Part shown: piece after piece, positions 9,630 to 18,776 of the stretch
How positions within the stretch are numbered: the first letter of the stretch is position 1
Layout: each line of letters begins with the position of its first letter
Assembly: GCA_902801465.1 (NCBI GenBank)
Contig: CADCIH010000008.1
Span: forward strand, 4,772 to 68,771
Direction of reading: 5' to 3'
DNA length: 64,000 bases
Origin: an uncultured Bacteroidia bacterium
Lineage (GTDB): Bacteria; Bacteroidota; Bacteroidia; Bacteroidales; F082
Position numbers and translations under genes: made by a program
Notes under the pieces: model-generated
Databases searched by the model: none
The model's input: the letters and a program-made list of their open reading frames with translations, nothing else
What the model was told of the DNA's origin: nothing

Positions 9630-10022
9630 TTAAGCATTAAATTCATAAGCGGCTTCAACAGCAAGCCTATAGCCACATAAATACTTTAGAGCCTTTGGTA
9701 TCATTTCATCATGTTCATCAAAGTAATAAGCACCATAAGAACATCCTAATGTGTCAATCACGAATTGAAATATAATCCAATACTCAGCGTCTTCCATTAC
9801 CTCCTGTTCATACAATGGCAGAAAGTTGTTTATTGCGTGCTTTGCCACTATTTGCGATTCTTCAATAGAATATTCTGACAAATCCCATTCAAGGGCTTCT
9901 TTTGCCATTTTAATGTCATCTTCTGTGGCAATCTTTAAGGTTGCCTCTTTGAATTGTTTGAAAATCGGGTAATAGCCCAATACCTCTTTTTCCTTGCTCT
10001 CAAATTTAGTTTTCTTTTTCAT
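9630..10022 (-). CDS. Hypothetical protein
   Basis: 130-aa acidic ORF. No motif recognised. Confidence 0.4.
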   Translation of the reverse strand: MKKKTKFESKEKEVLGYYPIFKQFKEATLKIATEDDIKMAKEALEWDLSEYSIEESQIVAKHAINNFLPLYEQEVMEDAEYWIIFQFVIDTLGCSYGAYYFDEHDEMIPKALKYLCGYRLAVEAAYEFNA

Positions 10023-10542
10023 AGGTTTACTATTTGATTATAGGCTGCAAATTTAATCTTTTCTTTCTCATCCCTGATTGGTGGAAAATTCAGGTAAAAT
10101 TTTATCGCTCAACAATGGGGGTATAGGGGGAAATTAGCCCCCCCCTGAATGAAAAAAGTCGGATAACGCCAAAATGAAAATGAAAAAAAAACACCCCCAC
10201 CCCCTACACCCTACTGATAGATGGGGCATTTTACTGCTCTACCTGAGCGGAAAAAATCAAACTAAAATCGAATTATTGAAATCTTTGCAATCAATTGTAT
10301 TTCTTGAAACGTCGAGGTCTTTAGGGCTCATCACAAAACTATGACCAAAATAACAATTAAAACAAAAATAAAAACATGTATAAAAAGCGGATATGATTAG
10401 TATTAAAATTATCAAAATCAACCATTTAAATCAATCATCCTCAAACAATTCAGGATGGCGACTTTTGATAAACTCATAGAAATCCACAATCGCCCGAAAA
10501 GACTTATAAATGTTAGACTTTTGAAGCAATTCCGCTACCAAC

Positions 10543-10572
10543 AAAAAAGACGGCTTAAGGCCGTCTTTTTTT
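10543..10572. terminator. Hairpin terminator downstream of the nucleoside kinase gene
   Basis: aaaaaa-gacggc-ttaag-gccgtc-ttttttt. Confidence 0.6.
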
Positions 10573-10652
10573 AATGCGGAATTCGGAATGCGGAATTCGG
10601 AATTATTACCTCCGGAGGCTAATTCCGAATTCCGCATTCCGAATTCCGCATT
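10573..10652. repeat. 80-bp palindrome built of CGGAATK heptamers
   Basis: Perfect 32-bp arms: aatgcggaattcggaatgcggaattcggaatt at 10573-10604 and its reverse complement at 10621-10652. The 16-nt spacer contains the mini-palindrome cctccggagg. It overlaps the TAA of the adjacent gene. Confidence 0.9.
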
Positions 10653-12297
10653 AAATAAACTCTCTAATCATCGAAGTTTGCGGTATCTCCTTGTCGGGTA
10701 CCGGCGTGAAGTAATGGATGAAGTGAAGGAGTCGATGGGCCTCGGTGTAGGCCGAGCAGTTTTTCGGCACGCTGGTGAGGATGGGTTCGGCATGGTTACG
10801 CATGACGGCGAACTCCAGAAGATACGAGGAGTTGAACATCATGTCGGCATTTTCCTGAAAAGGATAGATCCACTGTTCCTCAGCGGCGATGACGTTGGGC
10901 CACTGTTCGATGGTCTGACGGGCAGTAAATGCACCTTTATTATAGTCACGTACGATACGGCGCAACAGACGGTTGTCGCTGGTCGGGATGATGTTGTGGT
11001 CGTCCAAGGAAGTGCTGGTAAGGGTGTTGATGAAGATACGGAACTTCACCGTGTCATCGATATGGTCGGTGAGTCTCGGATTAAGGGCATGGATGCCTTC
11101 AAGCAGCACCACGGTATTCGCGTCGAGATGGAGTTTCTTGCCGTTGTATTCCTGCCGTCCCGTTACGAAGTTGAACTCCGGTATGTCGACCGTCTCCCCT
11201 GCCAGCAGCTTCTTCAAGTCGTGTTGCAGCTGCTCATGCTTCACTGTCTCGAAGTTGTCGAAGTCATAGTCGCCATTGGGCAGTTTTGGTGTATCCTCAC
11301 GGTTGACGAAATAGTCGTCGGTCGAGAACGACTGCGGTTTCAGTCCGCAGGCCAGCAGCTGGACGCTGAGGCGTTTGCAGAAGGTGGTCTTACCGCTACT
11401 GCTGGGACCCGTGATGAGAACCAGACGCACCCCGTTTTCCTTGTAGCGTTTGTATATTTCCTCCGCAATCTGGACAATCTTCTTTTCCTGAAGGGCTTCC
11501 GACACCTTAATCAACACATTGGCAAGGCCATTGAGACAGGCTTGGTTGACATCTCCCACGTTGTTGAGACCCATGATGATGTTCCACTTCAGGTTCTCGT
11601 TGAACATCTCGAAAGTCTTGGGTTGTGGGAAGAACGGCGCCAGCCGGCTCGGGTCGTGCCTGTCGGGAACCCGCAACAGCAATCCATGATAGTAGCGTTC
11701 CAATCCCCATAACTTAAGATATCCCGCAGAGGGCACCAGTCGGCCGTAATAATAATCGGCCGTGTCGCCCAAAGTGTAGTAGTCCATATAAACCTGGCCA
11801 CTGGTCTCGATGAGTTTAACCTTGTCTTCATAGCCCCTCTCGCGGAAGATGCGCACCGCCTCCTCCGTCTGAACTTCATAACGGTGGAACGGTATGTCTT
11901 TGTTGACAATTTCCTGCATCCTTCGGCGAATAAGCTCAATGTCGTCGTCGGTCACCGCAGAGCCGTCGGCTTTGTGGAAGTTACAGAAATAGCCGTTGGA
12001 GATGGCATTCTCCATGTAGATCTTAGAGCCAGGGAACACGTCGCGAGCGGCCTTGCTCAGCAGAAAACAGAGCGAACGGAAATAGATGCGTGCTCCTGAA
12101 GGGTCGCGGCCATCAACATATTCCACATCACGGTTGTTGTACACCTTGAAACGGAGTCCCTGCGGCACGTTGTTCACACGGGCGGAGACGATTTCATACG
12201 GTTTGTCGAATTCAAATTCAGGGAGCATCTCCTGAAGCGTCGTGCCTTCTGGAAAGCTCTTGGTGGTACCGGTGTTGCGGCAATAGATCTGTAACAT
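10651..12297 (-). CDS. TGS-domain/uridine-kinase-like nucleoside kinase
   Basis: 548 aa. P-loop ITGPSSSGKTTF and a PRK/Udk-like C-terminal half. The N-terminal TGS-like region is typical of Bacteroidales nucleoside kinase annotations. Confidence 0.7.
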   Translation of the reverse strand: MLQIYCRNTGTTKSFPEGTTLQEMLPEFEFDKPYEIVSARVNNVPQGLRFKVYNNRDVEYVDGRDPSGARIYFRSLCFLLSKAARDVFPGSKIYMENAISNGYFCNFHKADGSAVTDDDIELIRRRMQEIVNKDIPFHRYEVQTEEAVRIFRERGYEDKVKLIETSGQVYMDYYTLGDTADYYYGRLVPSAGYLKLWGLERYYHGLLLRVPDRHDPSRLAPFFPQPKTFEMFNENLKWNIIMGLNNVGDVNQACLNGLANVLIKVSEALQEKKIVQIAEEIYKRYKENGVRLVLITGPSSSGKTTFCKRLSVQLLACGLKPQSFSTDDYFVNREDTPKLPNGDYDFDNFETVKHEQLQHDLKKLLAGETVDIPEFNFVTGRQEYNGKKLHLDANTVVLLEGIHALNPRLTDHIDDTVKFRIFINTLTSTSLDDHNIIPTSDNRLLRRIVRDYNKGAFTARQTIEQWPNVIAAEEQWIYPFQENADMMFNSSYLLEFAVMRNHAEPILTSVPKNCSAYTEAHRLLHFIHYFTPVPDKEIPQTSMIREFI

Positions 12298-12402
12298 AAC
12301 TAGGATTCGTTTTTAAACCGCAAAGATAGCACAAATAACTTGCATTTTCAAAAAGTTTTGTATTTTTGTCTATTGAATAAATTTCAAAAATTTAGAATAA
12401 TT

Positions 12403-13260
12403 ATGGTTAAAAAATTACTAAACTTCAAGAAAGTCACCATTCTGGCCGTTGCCTTATTAGCGGTTTCGTTTGGCGCAAAAGCACAATCGTGGTACATCAT
12501 GGGCGAATATATATGGAGTCCACCCAACCCACAAGGCACTTTCAATGAACTCCATTATCAAGCTGAAGATGTGGAGATTAATGGCATGGATTACCACACC
12601 ATCTACGCAGCAGGAGAGCGCAGCCTCCTTGGGGCCTATCGCAAAGAGGACAACCAGGTGTATTACTGCAAATGGAACGGAAGCGACTACGACGAGGAAG
12701 TGCTTCTTTACGACTACGACCTCGAAGAAGGCGATTTCTTCAACGACATGGATGACCATCCGATGCTGGTGACCTCCGTCACGACCATCACCGACTTCAA
12801 CGGTATCGAGCGCAAGAAATACGACTTCATGTTCATCGGCCTTGAAGATGAGACCGAGTATTGGATTGAAGGCGTCGGAAGCAACAAAGGCTTTGTCAAC
12901 CGTGGCGTCTATACCCCCACCAACCAAGGTGCCATTTTCCACTTGCTTTGCTATCATGTAGGCAACGAGCTCATCTACGTCAACCCTGAATACAATGCCT
13001 GCGATATCGACGATATCAATGAAACGCCCGACAACGTCGTCAGCATCTATCCGAATCCGGCGAACAATGTCGTAAGGGTCTTAAGCGAAAGCAACACTCC
13101 CATCCGCAAGATCGAGGTCATCGACCTGCTTGGACGCATCGTGGCAACCGCCAACAACAGCGAATTCATTGACGTTTCAAGTCTTCCCGAAGGTCAATAT
13201 CTCATGAAGGTTTACGGTGAGACGACCATCATGAGGAAACTCACCATCGCAAAACAATAA
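12403..13260 (+). CDS. Secreted protein with a T9SS type A C-terminal sorting domain
   Basis: Start moved to the ATG at 12403 (MVKKLLNFKK, signal peptide), downstream of the tatttttg box at 12361. The C-terminus reads SIYPNPANNVVRV...GQYLMKVYGE...KLTIAKQ. Confidence 0.75.
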   Translation: MVKKLLNFKKVTILAVALLAVSFGAKAQSWYIMGEYIWSPPNPQGTFNELHYQAEDVEINGMDYHTIYAAGERSLLGAYRKEDNQVYYCKWNGSDYDEEVLLYDYDLEEGDFFNDMDDHPMLVTSVTTITDFNGIERKKYDFMFIGLEDETEYWIEGVGSNKGFVNRGVYTPTNQGAIFHLLCYHVGNELIYVNPEYNACDIDDINETPDNVVSIYPNPANNVVRVLSESNTPIRKIEVIDLLGRIVATANNSEFIDVSSLPEGQYLMKVYGETTIMRKLTIAKQ

Positions 13261-13272
13261 AAAAATCCCAAT

Positions 13273-15372
13273 ATGAAAAAAAGCATTCCATTTCTGTTAG
13301 CCATGATCGCTTGCATTCTTGTATCGTGCAACAACCAGAAGCCTGAGACTGAGCCGAAGGGCAAAGCCAAGATCGGTCCCCAGGAACTCAACTTAACGTC
13401 GGACATCATGACCCCCGAGGTCCTTTGGGCCATGGGTCGCATCGGCGAATACAGCCTCTCGCCCGACCACTCGCAGATTGTCTATAATGTGACTTATTAC
13501 AGCGTGGAGGAAAACCGCAGCGGTTCCACCTTATATATTATGAACGCCGACGGGGCAGGCAACCGTGTACTGTCCGACTCCGACAAGAGCGAATACAGTC
13601 CCCAGTGGCGCCCTGACGGCAAGAAGATCGGCTTCCTCAGTCCCAACGACGACGGCGTGATGCAGATCTGGGAGATCAACCCTGACGGCACCGGCCGCGA
13701 ATGCATCTCCAACGAGGCCGACGACATCAACGGATTCCTCTACTCTCCCGACTGCAGCCAAGTGCTCTTCACCAAGGAGGTGAAGCTGAAAGAGACCGTG
13801 GCCGACATCTATCCCGACCTGCCACTCTCCTCTGGCCGCATCAACAACGACTTGATGTACCGCCATTGGGACCAGTGGGTTGACACCTACGGTCACATCT
13901 TCGTAGGCAACATCAGCAGCGGCAAGCTTGAGGCCTCGTTCGACGCCATGGCAGGTGAGCAATGGGAAGCCCCTGTGCGTCCCTTCGGCGGCATGGAACA
14001 GGTGCAATGGCTGCCCGACGGACAAAGCTTCGTCTACTGCTGCCGCAAGAAGGTCGGCAAGGACTATGCCCTCTCCACCAATACCGACATCTACCAGTAT
14101 TTCATCCAGAGTGGTGAATGCAAGAACCTCACCATCGGCATGATGGGCTACGACCTCAACCCCGTCATCTCGCCCGACGGCAAATACATGGCTTGGGAGA
14201 GCATGGAACGTGACGGCTACGAGAGCGACAAGCAACGCCTCTTCGTGATGGACCTCGAGACCGGTGAGATGACCGACTACTCGGCCAAGTTCGACCAGTG
14301 CTGCACAGGCTTCAGCTGGGCCGACGACAGCCGCACGCTCTACTTCATCAGCGACGCCTACGCCACCGACCAGCTCTATTCGTTGAGCCTCGACAACGGC
14401 GAGATCAAGAAACTCACCACGGGCAAGCACAACTACGTCTCGGTGCAGTTCAACGGTGACAAGCTGATCGCCGGTCGCCAGTCAATGAGCCACCCCACCG
14501 AGCTCTTCGCCGTGAGCCCCACCACGGGCGAGTCCGCACAGATCACCCATGTCAACGACAACATCTTCGACCAGCTCACCATGGGCGAGGTTGAAGAACG
14601 TTGGATCAAGACCACCGACGGCAAGCAGATGCTCACTTGGGTCATCTACCCGCCTCATTTCGACCGCAGCAAGAAGTACCCTGCCCTGCTCTACTGCGAA
14701 GGCGGTCCTCAAAGCACCGTGAGCCAGTTCTGGAGCTACCGTTGGAACTTCCAGATGATGGCTGCCAACGACTATATCGTGGTCGCCCCCAACCGTCGCG
14801 GCTTGCCGGGCTTCGGCCAGGAGTGGCTTGAAGAGATCAGCGGCGACTACGGCGGACAGTGCATGAAGGACTATCTGAGCGCTATCGACGAAGTCAGCAA
14901 GGAGCCTTATATCGACGAGAACCGCCTCGGTGCCGTGGGTGCCAGCTTTGGCGGCTTCAGCGTGTATTGGCTTGCCGGCCATCACAACGGACGCTTCAAG
15001 GCCCTCATCGCCCACGACGGCATGTTCAACCTCGACGCACAATACCTCGAGACCGAGGAGATGTGGTTCGTAAACTGGGACCTCGGAGGTCCTTACTGGG
15101 ATTGGAACAACAAGACCGTCCGCAGGACTTACGCCAACTCTCCCCACCTCTTTGTCGACAAATGGACGGCTCCCATCCTGGTCATCCATGGTGGCCTCGA
15201 CTATCGCATCTGCTTCACCCAGGGCATGCAGGCTTACAACGCCGCCATCCTGCGCGGTTTGGACGCCGAGTTCCTCTACTTCCCCGACGAGAACCACTGG
15301 GTGCTGAAGCCCCAGAACGGCGTGCTCTGGCAGAGACGGTTCTACAACTGGCTTGACAAGTATTTGAAATAA
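13273..15372 (+). CDS. S9 family serine peptidase (beta-propeller plus alpha/beta hydrolase)
   Basis: Lipoprotein-type signal. PD40-like propeller repeats in the N-terminal half. Nucleophile elbow GASFGGFS, with later HGGLDYR and DENH. Confidence 0.85.
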   Translation: MKKSIPFLLAMIACILVSCNNQKPETEPKGKAKIGPQELNLTSDIMTPEVLWAMGRIGEYSLSPDHSQIVYNVTYYSVEENRSGSTLYIMNADGAGNRVLSDSDKSEYSPQWRPDGKKIGFLSPNDDGVMQIWEINPDGTGRECISNEADDINGFLYSPDCSQVLFTKEVKLKETVADIYPDLPLSSGRINNDLMYRHWDQWVDTYGHIFVGNISSGKLEASFDAMAGEQWEAPVRPFGGMEQVQWLPDGQSFVYCCRKKVGKDYALSTNTDIYQYFIQSGECKNLTIGMMGYDLNPVISPDGKYMAWESMERDGYESDKQRLFVMDLETGEMTDYSAKFDQCCTGFSWADDSRTLYFISDAYATDQLYSLSLDNGEIKKLTTGKHNYVSVQFNGDKLIAGRQSMSHPTELFAVSPTTGESAQITHVNDNIFDQLTMGEVEERWIKTTDGKQMLTWVIYPPHFDRSKKYPALLYCEGGPQSTVSQFWSYRWNFQMMAANDYIVVAPNRRGLPGFGQEWLEEISGDYGGQCMKDYLSAIDEVSKEPYIDENRLGAVGASFGGFSVYWLAGHHNGRFKALIAHDGMFNLDAQYLETEEMWFVNWDLGGPYWDWNNKTVRRTYANSPHLFVDKWTAPILVIHGGLDYRICFTQGMQAYNAAILRGLDAEFLYFPDENHWVLKPQNGVLWQRRFYNWLDKYLK

Positions 15373-15451
15373 TGCGGAATTCGGAATTCGGAATGCGGAA
15401 TTAACCTCCGGAAGTAATAATTCCGAATTCCGCATTCCTCATTCCGAATTC
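15371..15451. repeat. Second CGGAATK-heptamer palindrome
   Basis: aatgcggaattcggaattcggaatgcggaatt, then a spacer with acctccggaag, then aattccgaattccgcattcctcattccgaatt. It lies between convergent genes and overlaps the TAA at 15370-15372. Confidence 0.85.
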
Positions 15452-15453
15452 AA

Positions 15454-16200
15454 TCATCCCATCCTCTGCCGCACCACCTCAAAACAGACGATGCCTGTTG
15501 CCACGGAGACATTCAATGAATCGATGTCGCCGGGCATGGGAATCATGAGATGCTGGTCGAGGCGTTTGAGGTAGGCGGGACTGATGCCGTCCTCTTCGGA
15601 GCCCATCATCACACAAAGAGGGCCTGTGAGATCCGATTTCCACAGGCTCTCTTTGGCTTTCTCAGTGAAGCCCACCACACGCAAGCCACTGGCCTGGAGG
15701 AAGTCGATGGCATCCTTCATGTTCTCGACACGGCACACATTTATTAATGATAAGGCTCCCGCCGAGGTCTTCATGGCATCACCGTTGATTAAAGCCGAGC
15801 CCTTGGCTGGGATGACGATGGCATCCACGCCGGCGGCGTATGCCGTACGGGCGATGGCGCCAAAGTTGCGCACGTCAGTCACCCGGTCAAGCATCAACAC
15901 GAAAGGATCCCTGCCCTCCTCAAAAACAGCGGGAACGACCTTCTCCAGAGGTTGGTATTCGATCGGGCAGATGAAGGCGATGACACCCTGATGGTTCTTC
16001 CTCGTCAGTCGGTTCATCTTCTCCATCGGCACATACTGCACCGGAATGCCATTGGCACGGCAGTGGTTGGCGATCTCGGTAATCTCAGGCGAACGCACCC
16101 CCGCCTGGATGAACACCTTTTCGATTTCCTTCTGCGAACGGATCAGTTCCAGCACGGGATGCACCCCGAATATCATGTTGTTTTTCTCGCTTGTTTCCAT
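15454..16200 (-). CDS. rlmB: 23S rRNA (Gm2251) 2'-O-methyltransferase, SpoU/TrmH family
   Basis: Start set at METSEKNN (16200), downstream of a tatttttg box. Includes IFGVHPVLELI (the SpoU substrate-binding region), and the motifs MGSEEDGIS and IPMPGDIDSLNVSVATGI. Confidence 0.8.
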   Translation of the reverse strand: METSEKNNMIFGVHPVLELIRSQKEIEKVFIQAGVRSPEITEIANHCRANGIPVQYVPMEKMNRLTRKNHQGVIAFICPIEYQPLEKVVPAVFEEGRDPFVLMLDRVTDVRNFGAIARTAYAAGVDAIVIPAKGSALINGDAMKTSAGALSLINVCRVENMKDAIDFLQASGLRVVGFTEKAKESLWKSDLTGPLCVMMGSEEDGISPAYLKRLDQHLMIPMPGDIDSLNVSVATGIVCFEVVRQRMG

Positions 16201-16285
16201 GGTAAGCAAATTTTCTTGCAAAAATAAAAATAAAACCACTATATTAGCAACGGAAAAACAAGAATCTATCAAAAACTATAATTAA

Positions 16286-17080
16286 TTGATTATGAATAAG
16301 TTAAATATTAGTCGTTTTTTATTGGTTTTGCTGTTTTTCGGCTTTGTGACAATGGGTTTAGCGCAAGTGAACCATGCCACGCCCAAGGCGGGAAATGAAT
16401 TGACCGAAGATTTCATCCAGCAAAACCTGGTATATCCCGAAGCCGACTTCGAGGCTGGCAACAAGGGCAAGGTGGTGGTGGCCTTCCATCTCGACGAGAA
16501 GGGCCATGGCAGCGACTACCGGGTCACGGAGACCTTCAGCGAGGCCGCCAATGCCAATGCTTTGGACATGGTGAGAAGAATTATCTGGAACCCCGCCACC
16601 AAGAACATGCTGGCCGTTGAGAGCGACATGGAATACACCGTGGAATACAGTGCCAAGGCTTACAAACGTTATTGGAAGAAGCACGAGCGTGTGGATATTC
16701 CCCTGACTCTGGAATCGGACACCACCTATCAAGTTTTTGAGACCCGTCAGTTGGAAGAGCTGGCCAAGCCTTATTTTCCCGACGGGAGCAGCATGGCTCA
16801 GTACATCCTCTCGAACCTCAAGTATCCCGAATCCGCCAAGATGTCGGAGGTAAGCGGCACGGTTCGGCTGAACTTCGTGGTGGAGACCAACGGCAACGTG
16901 TCGAACATCACCATCGACAAGTCGGTGGGCGCTGGCTGCGACAACGAGGCCATCCGCCTGTTGCAAGGCACGCACTGGATCCCGGCAGTCAAGAACGGGA
17001 AATACGTCAGAAGCCACAACTATCAGGATATCACGTTTACCATTGGGGCGAGGAACTATCAGGATGGAAACTCGTATTAA
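16286..17080 (+). CDS. TonB C-terminal-domain protein (two TonB_C-like modules)
   Basis: Signal or anchor segment. YPEADFEAGNKGKVVVAFHLDEKG and YPESAKMSEVSGTVRLNFVVETNGNVSNI resemble the TonB_C fold signature. Confidence 0.65.
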   Translation: MIMNKLNISRFLLVLLFFGFVTMGLAQVNHATPKAGNELTEDFIQQNLVYPEADFEAGNKGKVVVAFHLDEKGHGSDYRVTETFSEAANANALDMVRRIIWNPATKNMLAVESDMEYTVEYSAKAYKRYWKKHERVDIPLTLESDTTYQVFETRQLEELAKPYFPDGSSMAQYILSNLKYPESAKMSEVSGTVRLNFVVETNGNVSNITIDKSVGAGCDNEAIRLLQGTHWIPAVKNGKYVRSHNYQDITFTIGARNYQDGNSY

Positions 17081-17108
17081 CGGAAAACGGAGAACGGAAA
17101 ACGGAAAA
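17081..17108. repeat. CGGARAA heptamer array (x4)
   Basis: cggaaaa cggagaa cggaaaa cggaaaa, immediately after the TAA at 17078-17080. Confidence 0.8.
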
Positions 17109-17131
17109 TTATTAATCAATTATTTTATATT

Positions 17132-18097
17132 ATGAAGAAACAATTATTAATGGCACTGGTGCTCCTGATGGGAGTGGCAGCAATGGCACAGGAGGAGGCT
17201 GCGAAAAGCAGCAACTGGACTTTCAAAGGTAATGTCGGACTGAATTTCGCTCAGAGTTCCTACACCAACTGGGCGGCTGGCGGCCAGAACGCCTTGAACT
17301 GGCTCGGGACCTTCAATTACTCCGCCAACTATGCCAAAGGCAACTTCAAGTGGGACAACACTCTAAACACGGCATTAGGTTACAGCTACTTTAACTTCAA
17401 GCAGAAGCCCATCAAGACCGACGACAAGTTGGAAATCACCTCCCTGGCAGGTTTGAAAGCCACGGAGCATCTGAACTACAGTATGGAGTTGGCTTTCCGT
17501 TCGCAGTTCACCAAAGGCTACGACTACAAGGTCGACTCGACGGTTTACACCTCCAAATGGCTCGCCCCCGCCTATATCACCCTCGGTCTTGGTGTTGAAT
17601 GGGTGCCCAACGAGCATTTCTCGGTGAACTTCGCTCCGCTGACAGGCCGTGTCACCATCGTCAACGACTCGATGCTGGCCTCCTACGGTGCTTTCGGCGT
17701 GAATGAGCTCGACAAGACCGACCCAGTGACACACCAACTTATCCATGATAGCGAGAAGACCGTCCGTTACGAATTCGGTGCCCGGCTGGCCGCCAAAATG
17801 AAATACACCCTCTTCACCAATGTTGACTATGAGTCAAAACTCGAGCTCTTCTCCAACTACCTCAATCATCCTCAATATATTGACGTGGACTGGCAGAACC
17901 TCCTCGTGATGAAGGTGAACAGCTGGCTCAACTGCAACATCGGGACTCATCTGATCTATGACTACGACATCAAGTTCCCTGTTATGGACGCTGCCGGCGA
18001 GCCCATGCTCGGACCCGATGGTAACCCACTTATGACTACAGGGTCGAAGATACAGTTCAAGGAAGTGTTGAGCGTGGGATTCCTGATTAATTTATAA
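17132..18097 (+). CDS. DUF3078 outer-membrane beta-barrel protein
   Basis: Signal peptide. WTFKGNVGLNFAQSSYTNWAAGGQNAL is the characteristic DUF3078 opening, and the sequence has an alternating beta-strand pattern. Confidence 0.75.
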   Translation: MKKQLLMALVLLMGVAAMAQEEAAKSSNWTFKGNVGLNFAQSSYTNWAAGGQNALNWLGTFNYSANYAKGNFKWDNTLNTALGYSYFNFKQKPIKTDDKLEITSLAGLKATEHLNYSMELAFRSQFTKGYDYKVDSTVYTSKWLAPAYITLGLGVEWVPNEHFSVNFAPLTGRVTIVNDSMLASYGAFGVNELDKTDPVTHQLIHDSEKTVRYEFGARLAAKMKYTLFTNVDYESKLELFSNYLNHPQYIDVDWQNLLVMKVNSWLNCNIGTHLIYDYDIKFPVMDAAGEPMLGPDGNPLMTTGSKIQFKEVLSVGFLINL

Positions 18098-18105
18098 TTA
18101 AGAAA

Positions 18106-18600
18106 ATGAAGAGAATTGGCGTGTTGTCCGACACCCATGGGACCATCATCCCGCAAGTCTTTGACTTCTTCAAGGATGTGGATGAGATCTGGCATGCCGG
18201 CGACATTGGAAACATTGAGACCGCGGAGCAGCTTGAGGCCTTCAAGCCGCTCCGCGCGGTTCATGGCAACATCGACGACCACATCGTACGCCTTCAATAT
18301 CCTGAAGATTTGTTTTTTCAGGTGGAAGACGTGCATGTGTATATGACCCATATCGGAGGCTATCCCGGTCATTACATGCCCGAAGTGAGACACATCCTCC
18401 AAGAAAAAAGGCCGGAACTCTACGTTTGCGGCCATTCACATATACTAAAGGTCATCTACGACAAACAACTCAACCTGCTCCACGTCAACCCTGGCGCCGC
18501 AGGACAATCGGGCTTCCACAAACAAATCACGATGATACGATTTGCCATCAACGGCAAAGAACTCAAGGAGATGGAGATCTTTGAGAAAGACAGAAGATAA
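18106..18600 (+). CDS. YfcE/MJ0936-type metallophosphoesterase
   Basis: Motifs LSDTHG, HAGDIG, VHGNID and GHSH. Confidence 0.85.
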   Translation: MKRIGVLSDTHGTIIPQVFDFFKDVDEIWHAGDIGNIETAEQLEAFKPLRAVHGNIDDHIVRLQYPEDLFFQVEDVHVYMTHIGGYPGHYMPEVRHILQEKRPELYVCGHSHILKVIYDKQLNLLHVNPGAAGQSGFHKQITMIRFAINGKELKEMEIFEKDRR

Positions 18601-18776
18601 GAGATAAAAGATAAAAGATAAAAGATAAAAGTTAAAAGTTAAGGGTTAAAGGTGAGGAAGATGAATATCAACCTTAACCTTTAACCCTTAATGTTAGTTT
18701 TCCGTTTTACCTCCCGTTCGGTCGGTGAGCCCTTCGGGGTTCCGTTCTCCGTTCTCCGTTTTCCGTTTATCTTATT
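18594..18776. repeat. Composite heptamer element: (AGATAAA)n, GGTTAAAGG palindrome, (TTYTCCG)n
   Basis: Perfect 15-bp arms ttaagggttaaaggt (18639-18653) and acctttaacccttaa (18677-18691) with a 23-nt spacer. It is flanked by heptamer arrays and covers the stop codons of both convergent genes. Confidence 0.9.

Larger units (their letters stand above)
2254..10440. mobile_element. AT-rich integrative island next to tRNA-Met (serine plus tyrosine recombinases and cargo)
   Basis: Composition drops sharply right after the tRNA terminator and recovers near 10.45-10.55 kb. A large serine recombinase sits at the left edge and a short tyrosine recombinase near the right edge. No flanking direct repeats could be seen, so the ends are approximate. 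Confidence 0.55.

Noticed and set aside
10117-10211. G/C-run imperfect inverted repeat (ggtataggggg ... ccccctacacc, 69-bp spacing, plus a C8 run) near the short tyrosine recombinase, considered as a possible invertible promoter switch.
   Set aside because: The repeat is only 11 bp with a mismatch. No TAnnTTTG promoter lies inside the segment, and no gene is positioned to be switched.
2254-10440. A search for a direct repeat of the tRNA-Met 3' end at the right end of island 1 (a classical att duplication).
   Set aside because: No match to gagttcaattctcattcccgct or the terminator was seen between 10.0 and 10.55 kb. The right border therefore rests on composition only.
10431-10637. ORFs starting MRNSEL...EFRIPNSAL (10431-10637, 10588-11712, 14482-15435), which look like a small conserved protein family.
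   Set aside because: The shared N-termini are simply translations of the CGGAATK palindromic repeat in both orientations. They are not evidence for genes.
18594-18776. The heptamer arrays considered as a possible CRISPR array.
   Set aside because: The units are 7 nt with no unique spacers, the arrays are under 200 bp, and no cas genes are present. They are simple or palindromic repeats, not CRISPR.
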